The notes: generated by a model not told the origin, from the letters alone. Positions 22,667 through 32,335 are shown, counted from the first letter of the stretch. The stretch: 64,000 nucleotides of DNA from Synechococcus sp. (GCA_051439425.1 JBFRWD010000138.1:10208-74207), one strand, 5' to 3'. Made by a program: numbers and translations.

Positions 22667-25024
22667 TTAGGGGGCCACCTCCCGAGCAAACCACCGCCGA
22701 ATCATCTCCACCTGAAACTGATATCCATCCCCATTCGGCTCAATCAATTCCCGCTGCTGTAACTGAGAAATAGCCACCGGAAGCTCGTCCCCAAATTGCC
22801 GATCTAACTCTTCTCGGCTAACCCCAATCCCTTCACCAGCAGCAGCAATTGCCCGCAACACGGCCAAGCCAGTGGTATCCACTTGGTTGTTCTGAATATC
22901 TGCAAAAAAGAAGCTGCCGCTGTCAATTGCCGGGTCGATAACGGCTTCTACATCCACCCGCAGGGCGAGGCGGCGGATGGAGGGATCTTGTTCGTTTTTG
23001 TGGGCGACGAGTTCGGCGCAGAGCAGTTGGACTAGGTAGGGCTGGCAGCGAGTTAAGTCTAGGATGCGTTGGACAGCGTCGGGTTCGTAGCGGAGGGCAA
23101 AGTCGGGGGTGGGGGATTCGATTAGTTTGCGGGCTTCGGATTCTTTGAGGTAGCCGAGATGGATGACTTGAACATTGATGAGATAGCTGGCCCAGCGGTG
23201 GAATTCTTGCAGGGTATGGGAGCCGGCAATCATCACTTTGATGCGGGGGCGGTGTTGGATGATGTTGCGCAGAGTGCCGAGGATGTCTTGTTCGTTGAAG
23301 CGATCGGCGACTAGGGCTGCGTCTAGGGCTTCGAATTCATCCAGGGTGAGGAGTAGGGTGCCGTTGCCGACTTTGTCATTGAGTATTTGTTCAACGTCAT
23401 CCAGCCATTCGTCGAAGGTGGTGAAGGGGTCGGCGGTTAGAGCTTCGCGAGGGAGTTTGGGGAGTTGGAGATTGCGTTGCTCGAGGGCGGTGTTGGATAT
23501 ACCGCGAGCAAGGTTGTATAGGAAGCCGATGGCATCGCTAGCTTTTGAGGTTGGGCCTTGGAGGTCAACGGAGGTGGGGATGAAACGGGTGGGGAGGAGA
23601 CGACCGAGGTTGTTGAGCAGGGAGGTTTTGCCGGTGCGCCGTTGGCCGTAGAGGAGGAGGGGAGGGCGGCGATCGTCGAGCAGGAGTTGTTCGATGCGGG
23701 CGCAGGTGTCGGTGCGGCCCACGAAGATGTGTTGGGATTGGGTGAGGGGAACGCCGATTATGTAGGGGGTGTCGAGGTCTTGGTTTTGCTCGGCTGTTTG
23801 GGCTAGCTGGTTACAATATTGAGTGACGATGGTTTGCCACCGTTGGGCGATGGGGCGGAAGCGAGGAGCAGCTTTATTGTCAGTGCGGGTGAGTTCCACC
23901 ACCAGGCTGGTAAGTTTATCGCCGATGTCTTTGAGAGCTAGGCGTTGGTTGTAGCTACTGGTTTGGGCGAGAGCGGCAGAAGTGTCTTGGCCAATTGCTT
24001 GAAAGCGCTGCAGAATTGCTACTCCTGGGTTGTCTGAGTCAAGAGCAGTATTGGGTTCTTTTGTTTTTGATAGCGCTTGGATCGTTTGAAAACTTTCGAG
24101 TTTACGTGCATCAAGTTCTAGTTGAACGGCTTGGGCTGCCCAACGCTGGCGACTGGTACTGAGGTAATTGAGTGCCGCTTGACCTTCCTCTGGATGGTTC
24201 TCAAAAACCAACAGAACATGCTTATCTAATCCCGGCCATTGTAAGCGTTGCCATTCGTACCAAAAGGCTGGATGCCATCTCAAAAAATAGTAAGTTGAAT
24301 CGGCATTTGCTCGCCCATCTAATATCTGCAATCCCCCTCCCCCTAAACGCAACCAAGGGTACAACGCAACAGGCAGCCAGCTATTTACTAAGAGACACAC
24401 GCCGAACGCCACGCCTCCCGCCACGCCTCCCGCTACGCCTCCCACCACGCCGAACGCCACGCCGAACACCACGCATAACGCTACGCCTCCCGCCACGCCG
24501 AACGCCACACCTACCGTCACGCCTAACGCCACACCCACCGCCACACCCACCGCCACGCCTCCCGCCACGCCTCCCGCCACGCCGTAAGCCACGCCGTAAG
24601 CCACGCCGTAAGCCACGCCTACCGTCACGCCTACCATCACGCCTACCGTCACGCCTAACGCCACGCCTAACGCCACGCCGTAAGCCACGCCGTAAGCCAC
24701 ACCTAACGCTGCATTAGATAATGCCTCCCCTATTGGAATTCCAAACAAGACCAGGCAGAAAAAAAGCCCCAAGTTAGCCAGAATAGGTGCGACAACAAAA
24801 CCTTGTAGCAATAACTTCCATAGGTTCCGATTCTTCCATCCGGGCCATCGTCGTTGTGTACTTAGTGGAAGCTCTAGTGATGGGTCGATACGTTTGAGAT
24901 GATTGCGAAAAGCAGAGGGATGGAACACCATCCAAAATAAAAGTTGTACCGTTCCCAAAATCAAATTGGGATGTTGCTCGGGAGAATCTGTATAGGCATT
25001 ACGTAACTTAGATGCCTTTGTCAT
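22667..25024 (-). CDS. STAND-like P-loop ATPase with N-terminal glycine-zipper membrane region
   Basis: PYIIG.P...FVGR, Walker A GQRRTGKT, Walker B LLLTLDEFE, QPYLVQ, C-terminal wHTH-like segment; N-terminal GVAx repeats. Confidence 0.8.
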   Translation of the reverse strand: MTKASKLRNAYTDSPEQHPNLILGTVQLLFWMVFHPSAFRNHLKRIDPSLELPLSTQRRWPGWKNRNLWKLLLQGFVVAPILANLGLFFCLVLFGIPIGEALSNAALGVAYGVAYGVALGVALGVTVGVMVGVTVGVAYGVAYGVAYGVAGGVAGGVAVGVAVGVALGVTVGVAFGVAGGVALCVVFGVAFGVVGGVAGGVAGGVAFGVCLLVNSWLPVALYPWLRLGGGGLQILDGRANADSTYYFLRWHPAFWYEWQRLQWPGLDKHVLLVFENHPEEGQAALNYLSTSRQRWAAQAVQLELDARKLESFQTIQALSKTKEPNTALDSDNPGVAILQRFQAIGQDTSAALAQTSSYNQRLALKDIGDKLTSLVVELTRTDNKAAPRFRPIAQRWQTIVTQYCNQLAQTAEQNQDLDTPYIIGVPLTQSQHIFVGRTDTCARIEQLLLDDRRPPLLLYGQRRTGKTSLLNNLGRLLPTRFIPTSVDLQGPTSKASDAIGFLYNLARGISNTALEQRNLQLPKLPREALTADPFTTFDEWLDDVEQILNDKVGNGTLLLTLDEFEALDAALVADRFNEQDILGTLRNIIQHRPRIKVMIAGSHTLQEFHRWASYLINVQVIHLGYLKESEARKLIESPTPDFALRYEPDAVQRILDLTRCQPYLVQLLCAELVAHKNEQDPSIRRLALRVDVEAVIDPAIDSGSFFFADIQNNQVDTTGLAVLRAIAAAGEGIGVSREELDRQFGDELPVAISQLQQRELIEPNGDGYQFQVEMIRRWFAREVAP
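24392..24703 (-). repeat. 26 tandem imperfect 12-bp repeats (consensus GGC GTG GCG NNN) encoding GV[ATMV]x
   Basis: Counted directly: 312 bp, in frame within the 785-aa ATPase. Confidence 0.95.
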
Positions 25025-26103
25025 GGTGCATCAAAGATATGAATAAATGGTGTAAGCTGCTCGATTGCATCTCTTCGCCATTCGTTTCCCATTTGCCCTT
25101 CTTCAAAGCTAGCTAATCGCTCGCGGCATAAGATTTGCAGTGCCAAAGGCCAACAATTACTCACGTCCAATATCCAGCCAGTATCTCTCGTCCCAAACCT
25201 CACAGGAGAACTTGCTATCAAATCACACGCCTCTTTTTCAGTTAGTGGGCCTAAATTCGCGATGTAGCCAAAGATATTAAAAAATGGTGAGCTGTGTCCT
25301 GTTCCACAAGCCAAGTCCAACGGTTTTTCAGGTGTCGACAGCACAAACGCCAACTTCCCATTAGTCGCGCTATTGCCCAGAGAACGCAAACTCTCCCAAA
25401 ACTCATCATCCAGCTCCGGACAGCGCTGCAAACCCACAGCAGTCTCATCCATCAGCACTACAGTAGGTTGCTTTAGTCCTTGGCTCACCACCTCCATAAA
25501 CATCTCCAAGCTGCAGTCATCAGGTACGGTGATGTCCATCCCCTTTAACAGATGCGTCATCACCCCCAAACGACTGTGCAACCGCACATCTTGGAAATCG
25601 ACATAGATCCAGGTGTACGTTTCCGGCGATGGTAACCAGTCAGATCGCTGTCCCTCCCTCAACTCTCTTCTCGGAGTCGTCGTTATCGTCCGCAAGTAAT
25701 TCAACAGCGAAGTCTTCCCCGATCGCTGCTTCCCCACAATTGCCGCATTCTGCATCGGCTGTGTCTTCAACAGCCCAAACAGCCGCCGCAACTCCCTCTC
25801 CCGCCCGAAGAAATTCCTCGGGTGGCTAATCGGCGGCCCAGCAATAAACTTTGGCTGATTTTCTAACTTTGCTCCGTCACCATAAAGCGGGTCGGCAACA
25901 TCTTTCCAGTCCAAGCGCAACCGACTACAAAGTTCGACAAAGTTCAGGTGGTCAACTGGCTTTCCATTCAAAAAATTCTTGACGGTCGATAGAGACAACC
26001 CAGAATCCATCGCCAACGCCTTTTGGCTGGGATAGTTACATCGCTTGAGCGCAGCCTTAGCTCGCCCAACCTCACCCTCAAGTAACCTCTGCGATCTGCT
26101 CAC
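25021..26103 (-). CDS. HTH + STAND-like P-loop ATPase
   Basis: XRE-like HTH (SQKALAMDSGLSLSTVKNFLNG), FIAGPP...FFGRE, Walker A GKQRSGKT, Walker B VVLMDE, SPFFNIF, WPLALQ; stop overlaps the next ATG (ATGA). Confidence 0.8.
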   Translation of the reverse strand: MSRSQRLLEGEVGRAKAALKRCNYPSQKALAMDSGLSLSTVKNFLNGKPVDHLNFVELCSRLRLDWKDVADPLYGDGAKLENQPKFIAGPPISHPRNFFGRERELRRLFGLLKTQPMQNAAIVGKQRSGKTSLLNYLRTITTTPRRELREGQRSDWLPSPETYTWIYVDFQDVRLHSRLGVMTHLLKGMDITVPDDCSLEMFMEVVSQGLKQPTVVLMDETAVGLQRCPELDDEFWESLRSLGNSATNGKLAFVLSTPEKPLDLACGTGHSSPFFNIFGYIANLGPLTEKEACDLIASSPVRFGTRDTGWILDVSNCWPLALQILCRERLASFEEGQMGNEWRRDAIEQLTPFIHIFDAP

Positions 26104-26240
26104 TCAACTACTTCCCACCCTTTGGGCACATCCTATCCGCTAAAACTCACCACGAAGTCATCCATAGAAGCCAGTTTTCTCGCCCTAGTACTCACTTCGC
26201 TGCCTTCGAAACTCAAAAGCGTAGTAAACAAGCCAACAAC

Positions 26241-26387
26241 ATGACACCTCAAGATGAACTACGCCTTCTACTTCAACTCATCACCGCCGCCACCGTCCTC
26301 GCAGAATCCCCTGTCGCCTGCATCGCCGGAATCCTCGCAATTCTCTACCTCCTCTGGAAATCCAACAACAATCAACGATGGTTCTAA
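26241..26387 (+). CDS. Putative 48-aa single-TM small protein
   Basis: Hand-translated MTPQDELRLLLQLITAATVLAESPVACIAGILAILYLLWKSNNNQRWF; fills the gap between the HTH-ATPase start and the nrdJ terminator. Confidence 0.45.
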   Translation: MTPQDELRLLLQLITAATVLAESPVACIAGILAILYLLWKSNNNQRWF

Positions 26388-26397
26388 CTCCCCATAT

Positions 26398-26430
26398 AAA
26401 AAGCGGGAAGCCCATCACAGACTCCCCAGC
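26398..26430 (-). terminator. Intrinsic terminator of nrdJ
   Basis: Minus strand GGGGAGTCT-GTGAT-GGGCTTCCC stem (with GU pairs) followed by GC-TTTTT. Confidence 0.65.
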
Positions 26431-26455
26431 ATCACAAACTCACAATTGGAAGGGA

Positions 26456-28675
26456 TTACCGAACCGGGCAAGCCCCACCCACGCAATCCGACTCCAGATC
26501 CACCGCATCCGGGTCATCCATCAGCCGCTCGTAAAACGCCAGCCGCTCAAAATCCACCGAGAACACAGCACTCTTAGCCCGCTCCTCGTACTCCTCCTCC
26601 GTCATCGCCTGATAAGGCAACAGCGGATACACATCATCCGCACACTTGGGCAAGAACGAGATGCCGACAAAATCCTCCCAGTTGTCGTACACCCAATCCA
26701 CCACCGCATCCCACTCGTCATCCGCCACCGTAATCGTCACGCTAGCGTTGTGGTCGCAGTAATGCTTCGTCGTGCACTTGTAATTCTCAAGCTGTTCGAT
26801 CGCCGACACATCCGAACTCTTGCGCCGCGCCGCCGTCTTCACCGGAAACTCCAACACCCATGTATCGGATTGTTGTAGAACGCGATCGCGAGCCTCACCC
26901 GGCAAATTGCGATACCACTCCAACTTCTCCCAAATATTCGCGCCCTGAGCCTCCTCTAGCCCATCCAACACAAACGACTCGGGATAAATTGGTACCCCCT
27001 GATCCCGCAACGTCAGCGCCAGCGCATCGGTGCGGCTCATGCGAATGCGACGCAGGTAATAGGGCGCGTAAGGCCAGTGCAAGCCGGACGCAATGGTATT
27101 GAGCTGAGCGTACGTTCCGTTCGGCTTATTCGTAGTCACCAACAGCGGACGCAGGACTCCCAAATGCTCGGCATACTTCGTCGCTTCATCATTGGCCGTA
27201 TCGTGACACCACTTGCGCAGCGCATTGGCCTCATCCGAATCCACTGCCCAACCCAACTTGTCGAACAGCTCCACCCAGCCGCAGCAATCTACCCCCAACA
27301 GGCGCTCCTGCTTCTGGGTCTTATCCCACAGCGGCAAGCTGATGTTGACGCAAGTCTGACGCAAGCCAATCCGAGTAATCAACCGCAATGAGATGTCCAA
27401 CTCCTCATAGTCCACCTCAAAGCCGCCATCTGCCGCCTCCTTGACAAACTCCGGCAACGGCAACGCCGTCAAGTTACAGAACGACCCAGCCTTCGCTCCG
27501 GCATAACCAGAACTGAGCAAAATCTCCGCACAAGGATTGGTCAGACCGGCATTGTCCACGTAATTCGACACCGGTTCATCCGGACGCCACTTCAGCGCCG
27601 CTTCCCGACGGCGAGACTTATGCCCCGCCCCATTAATAAACCCAGGCTCCCCTTCATAGCGAATCACCTGGAACAGCTCCCGCAGGAAGTCCTTCTCCGG
27701 GCGATCGTAATACACCCCCGAGTTATTCGACATCGCTCGATAGCGCTTGTCAGCCAGCTTCTCGTCCGTCCACAGCCCCCGCTTGGCACTAGCCGTTTCC
27801 GTATCGCTGGGGTCAAACAGACAAATCTCGGCACTGCGGCGCACGTTCCCCGCCACCACGCAGCTACCAATGCAGCACATGATGTCCATCGCATCGATGG
27901 GGCGCAGTTGCGGAGCAGGCGCATTGCAGATGATGTCGGTCACCTCCAGCAGCATCTTGCGCAGTGGAGCGTAGCCACTGGCCGTACCGCCAAAGCCCTT
28001 GATGCGATCGCCGTAAGGCCGGACGTTATTGAAATCGAACTCAACCGACTGAAACTCTTTGTCTTCGCTGGCAAGCTTAAGCAGCAGACCAAGAGCATCC
28101 ACCCATCCCTGACGAGAATCCCCAATCGTCACCCGCACCACCGGCCCATTCAGCTCCACACTGGTGCTTTCCTGGCGCTCATATTCCGGCTTAATCTCCA
28201 CCGGAAGCACTTCAATTTTGAAATCTTGACGGAACGTCGGAAGCTGCGACACATCGCTGCGCAACACCCGAAATCCCACACCACAGCCCAACATCAGCAG
28301 GTGAAACGCCTCGGTAAACGATGCCAGGCGATCGACCGCCAGCGCACTGCAGTTAAAGCAAGCTTCCGGCACCGTATCCGTAATTTTGGTCCCACCCACC
28401 CAAGCCACACGACCGGAGGCCCACGCCTTGAGGTGATTGAAGCGATCGAACATCAATTCAGCTTCCGCCTGCAGTTCATCCTCAGACTGCAAACCACTGG
28501 CCAAACTGACGTTGTAATTAGTCACCCGAGCATTGCGCTCCCACGGAGTCTCCCGCCTTTGTTCCTCAGGCAAGTACCGCAGATAGGTGCGAGTATCGAC
28601 CACAGCCCCTAGCGCCCCGTAAGGAACCGGAGTTTGACTGGCACGGTCGATCAGATCGCGAGTGATGAATTCCAT
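26456..28675 (-). CDS. nrdJ: Class II (B12-dependent) ribonucleotide reductase, monomeric RTPR-like
   Basis: FNC, VAGNVRRSAEI, NPCAE thiyl-radical Cys, FCNL, KPNGT, C-terminal CVGGACPVR redox pair; no small-subunit gene nearby. Confidence 0.92.
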   Translation of the reverse strand: MEFITRDLIDRASQTPVPYGALGAVVDTRTYLRYLPEEQRRETPWERNARVTNYNVSLASGLQSEDELQAEAELMFDRFNHLKAWASGRVAWVGGTKITDTVPEACFNCSALAVDRLASFTEAFHLLMLGCGVGFRVLRSDVSQLPTFRQDFKIEVLPVEIKPEYERQESTSVELNGPVVRVTIGDSRQGWVDALGLLLKLASEDKEFQSVEFDFNNVRPYGDRIKGFGGTASGYAPLRKMLLEVTDIICNAPAPQLRPIDAMDIMCCIGSCVVAGNVRRSAEICLFDPSDTETASAKRGLWTDEKLADKRYRAMSNNSGVYYDRPEKDFLRELFQVIRYEGEPGFINGAGHKSRRREAALKWRPDEPVSNYVDNAGLTNPCAEILLSSGYAGAKAGSFCNLTALPLPEFVKEAADGGFEVDYEELDISLRLITRIGLRQTCVNISLPLWDKTQKQERLLGVDCCGWVELFDKLGWAVDSDEANALRKWCHDTANDEATKYAEHLGVLRPLLVTTNKPNGTYAQLNTIASGLHWPYAPYYLRRIRMSRTDALALTLRDQGVPIYPESFVLDGLEEAQGANIWEKLEWYRNLPGEARDRVLQQSDTWVLEFPVKTAARRKSSDVSAIEQLENYKCTTKHYCDHNASVTITVADDEWDAVVDWVYDNWEDFVGISFLPKCADDVYPLLPYQAMTEEEYEERAKSAVFSVDFERLAFYERLMDDPDAVDLESDCVGGACPVR

Positions 28676-28952
28676 GAGAGCCCTCAGGGTGAAATGCGAC
28701 TAAACACTGCGAGAGTGGGGAGAACCATTCAGCGCGTTCGCAGCTACCGCGCCTTGCCCATTTCCATTCCCCTTGTCAGCAACAAATTCAGTCCAACCCA
28801 GTTCAAGACAACCGAACGGTATTGATTGAAACGCTGAATCCTAAAAAGTCAATACAGGCAAGTCAAAATACGCACCATACAGATTCAGACACGTCGGGTT
28901 ATCGCAGCATAGCCAGAGCCTCTAACAGCAACCTCCCGACACACCCGATCGC

Positions 28953-29387
28953 CTATCCCGACACACCAGTACTGCCAAACCCGCCACTACCTCTGGCAGT
29001 TGCCGATAGCTCCTCGGTCTCCTGCCACTGCACGTCCGGCACGGGCAAGAACACCAACTGGCAAATGCGATCGCCTCGCCGCACTGTAAACGTCTCGTCG
29101 CTTTGGTTAAACACCAACGCACACACTGGCCCGCGATAGGAAGAATCGATCAGTCCAGGAGAATTACTCAGGGTGATCCCCTTCGACGCTAGCCCGGATC
29201 GAGGCAGCAGTAACACCGCCCAATCCTCCGGAATCTCTAGCGAGAATCCCAGCGGGATCTTGCCAATGGTTCTGGGCAACAACAGCGCGTCGCCCGCTGC
29301 GTAACAATCCCACCCAGCATCTTGGCGATCGCGGCGAGCAGGTAGGGCGTAACAGTTGTCGAGTCGCTGAATATTGACAGGCAGCAC
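28953..29387 (-). CDS. dut: Trimeric dUTP diphosphatase
   Basis: Five dUTPase motifs: AGWD, PRSGL, GLIDSSYRG, GDRICQL, RGSGGFGSTG; GTG 29387 with GAGG upstream. Confidence 0.93.
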   Translation of the reverse strand: MLPVNIQRLDNCYALPARRDRQDAGWDCYAAGDALLLPRTIGKIPLGFSLEIPEDWAVLLLPRSGLASKGITLSNSPGLIDSSYRGPVCALVFNQSDETFTVRRGDRICQLVFLPVPDVQWQETEELSATARGSGGFGSTGVSG

Positions 29388-29833
29388 GCGCAATAGCCTC
29401 GATTGGTATAAATATAACACTTATCCCCACAGACAGACGCTACCGGTGGGGGTATAAATCTATGGCGAGCACTATATCACGCTCTTTCAGCTACAAATAT
29501 GTCGTCCGACTACTCATCCTCATGCCAGCGATCCCTTCGAAGTAAAGCCGCTGTGGCCTTTGACAGACATTTGGAATCAACTATTAAGATTTATCCTATC
29601 GGTAGGGGTCGATCGAGCGCGATCCCTGTCAGGTCAACTAGGGATAGGGATCGCTGGATTGTCTGCCGGTTGTAAATATGGTTGTTAAAAAGCACAACCG
29701 AATTTTAACGATCGACAGCCTCCGATCTACTGTTCGAGTTGCGGCGAAATCGCGAGTATAAATCCTATCAGTCAGAATGCCCGGAGTTCGTCACAATAGA
29801 AATAATGACCCTTTGCTTGTATGGCCCAGACTT

Positions 29834-30127
29834 ATGGACTCTCTCAGCCTAGCCACCTGGACTCTCAACCCGCTGCTGGCTCTCTACATTCTTCTGTTCG
29901 TTTTGCGCATCCCCTTATCCTGGTATCCCCAAATCGATGGCGATCGCTTCCCCTACATCTTGGCGGTGTGGCCCACTGAATGGATTTTGCGCGTGACCCG
30001 CAAGATCGTTCCCACAATGGGAGGCGTAGACATGACCCCCGTTATCTGGGTGGGTATCGTCTCTTTCCTGAGAGAAATTCTCTTGGGGCAACAGGGCCTC
30101 TTAACCATGGCAGCCCAAACTCACTAA
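29834..30127 (+). CDS. YggT-family membrane protein
   Basis: RIPLSWYP...PTEWIL...MGGVDMTPVIW. Confidence 0.88.
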   Translation: MDSLSLATWTLNPLLALYILLFVLRIPLSWYPQIDGDRFPYILAVWPTEWILRVTRKIVPTMGGVDMTPVIWVGIVSFLREILLGQQGLLTMAAQTH

Positions 30128-30201
30128 TGCCGTCATCATCTAAGCCATTAGTTCCATTTTTCAATATCAATATTTCAATATATTGAGCTCAGCCAAACCG
30201 G

Positions 30202-31611
30202 TCAGGCGAGCAGCTTGGTTAATCGCTTGGGAAACGACAGCCTGACGATTGTCCATCCCCCCCCGCTGGTCAGATCAATCGTACCTTCCGATAATTCCAC
30301 CAGCTCTTTGACAATGGACAGCCCCAAGCCCGTCCCTTGCATCTGTGCGGTTCTGCTATCCTCCGCACGGTAAAACTTTTCAAACAGATGAGACACTTCA
30401 CTGGATGGAATCTCTACTGAATTGCGAATCTCCAATTCCCAGCGATCGTCCAATTCTCTAGCCAGCACATGAAGCTTCCCCCCTGCAGGAGTGTACTTAC
30501 AGGCATTGTGAATCAGTTCGCGGAGGATGCGCTCCAAACAGGGGCGATCGATTTCCACAAACGTCTCGGCCTCGGCTGCCAGGTGGCGAAAGTCCACCTC
30601 AACATCCAGGTTGTGCTGCCGAGCTTCTGCCTGTACTGTGCCTGCCCAAGTTCCCAGCCACAACGGCAGCGCTACCGACACAGCTGCGTTGCGAATAAAC
30701 GTACGATCCGCCTGTTCGAGTTTCTGCAAGTCCAGTAGATCGTTAACCAAGTCAATTTCCCGCTGGCATTGTTGTAACGCCATCTCGATATATTGCTGTT
30801 TCTGAGACTCAGATACTGGGTTTTGCAACATCGTCAGAGCCATTTTGATGCTGGTCAACGGGGTGCGTAGTTCGTGAGATACCGTGCTGATAAAGTCATC
30901 CTTGATCTGATGCATCTGCTGCAATTGATGCACCTGATCTTGGGAGGTTTTGTACAAACGAGCCTGACGAATGGCGATCGCGCACTGGTTCGCCACCTGC
31001 TTCACCAATCGAATTTCCAGCTCGCTAAATTCGCGATCGGCGCGATCGACTAACCACAAATCGCCGAGACTGCTTTCACCGTAGTAAATTGCACAAGCCA
31101 ACAAAGCAACCCGCTGCCGCTCTCGGCTAACCCGCAGAGAGCACATTTGAAAGCACCATTTACGATCTAAAAGCTGCTGATAGCATTCTGGGAAATCTTC
31201 CATCTGCGAAACGCGCCCGCGGGACCCCGGAACTGCAGCAGCATACTCGTAGCGCACCGTCGAGGTTTTGTCTGCCAGGTTGTAGAGAGATGCATTACAA
31301 CAGCGAACATTCAGCGCAAGACACAGTTCTCGTACTGTCGTCTCAAGAATAGTAGTCTCATCGAGTGTATCGCGAACTCGATCGGTGATGTTTTTCAGCA
31401 GTTCTTCGAACGACAGCAGCTGCTTAATCTGGGCAGACCGCCGGTGGGTGATGGAACGATAGGAGGGACGGCCTAAATCATGATGCACTCCCGAAAGCTC
31501 CAGATCCGGCTCTAACAACGAAGAATCTTGCTTTCCCTGAATAAACCGTCCCGCCACAATAGTATCGAGTTCGCGAGCAGGGACTTCTGGATTGTCAACG
31601 GAATACGTCAT
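30202..31611 (-). CDS. GAF-domain sensor histidine kinase
   Basis: GAF (VRDTLDETTILET...VANQCAIAIRQARLY), H-box SHELRTPL, N-box ELIHNACKY, G2 GTGLGL. Confidence 0.92.
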   Translation of the reverse strand: MTYSVDNPEVPARELDTIVAGRFIQGKQDSSLLEPDLELSGVHHDLGRPSYRSITHRRSAQIKQLLSFEELLKNITDRVRDTLDETTILETTVRELCLALNVRCCNASLYNLADKTSTVRYEYAAAVPGSRGRVSQMEDFPECYQQLLDRKWCFQMCSLRVSRERQRVALLACAIYYGESSLGDLWLVDRADREFSELEIRLVKQVANQCAIAIRQARLYKTSQDQVHQLQQMHQIKDDFISTVSHELRTPLTSIKMALTMLQNPVSESQKQQYIEMALQQCQREIDLVNDLLDLQKLEQADRTFIRNAAVSVALPLWLGTWAGTVQAEARQHNLDVEVDFRHLAAEAETFVEIDRPCLERILRELIHNACKYTPAGGKLHVLARELDDRWELEIRNSVEIPSSEVSHLFEKFYRAEDSRTAQMQGTGLGLSIVKELVELSEGTIDLTSGGGWTIVRLSFPKRLTKLLA

Positions 31612-32335
31612 ATCCGACCCACTCCATCTGCTGAAGGTGCTGCAACATCTGCTCGCTCGTTAGAGTTCCGAACAGTGGGGGGGATTCTTAACATGACGAC
31701 ACCTCAACACAATGGAACACAGCGAGTCATGACTATTAATCATGCGCTTGGCAGGGAATCGCAAGATTCAGCGGTACGCAATTGTCACACTGAAGTGGAC
31801 AGATTTACCGAAAACAACAGGCATCAACCGGGGAAAATCATGAGTACCGTTACATCACACGAGACGACCACCAGTACCCGTCAATGAGTACATGAGCCAA
31901 AAGTTATGCTATTCCCAGTAAGCTTGGGGATGCGAGCAGTCATAGACCGGCAGAAGAAACACCAACACATACCACTTAACAGTATAAAACCCAACTTCGT
32001 CAATCGTTGTTTTACGACCACTACTCCTGAAGATCGTGGCCTCAAATTCAAGACTGGCAAGCGATTGATAGATGTCAGGCTATAACCCATGATAGGGATT
32101 GTACTGAATTCAGTTAAATCGACCACCATCCACTACTCAGATGTAGCGACCCTGCAAGCACTCATTCAGCAGGGACCAAGAAGTGGATAACCCAGTATCT
32201 GCTGTGACTGAAGAGGTTGAAGGAATGAGTTGCGCTTGCTACGCCACTGACTGACCTTACAGAAAGTAATGGAGAGCCAACTTAGCGTCGCTAGTAGCAT
32301 CCTAGAAAAGCTCTCCGACAAGCACATCGTTAAAT

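Noticed and set aside
24392..24703. Repeat array as a CRISPR array or DGR variable region
   Set aside because: The units are contiguous 12-mers with no spacers and lie in frame in a CDS; no cas genes, reverse transcriptase or template repeat is present in the window
24172..24717. 181-aa Pro/Arg-rich ORF on the + strand
   Set aside because: Antisense shadow of the GVAx repeat
27620..28612. 330-aa + strand ORF
   Set aside because: Fully antisense to nrdJ with no recognisable motifs; a codon-bias shadow
22667..29420. Prophage
   Set aside because: No structural, packaging or integrase genes are present
29440..29490. NrdR boxes upstream of dut-nrdJ (e.g. GCACTATATCACG)
   Set aside because: Only a partial match to the consensus and no convincing second box
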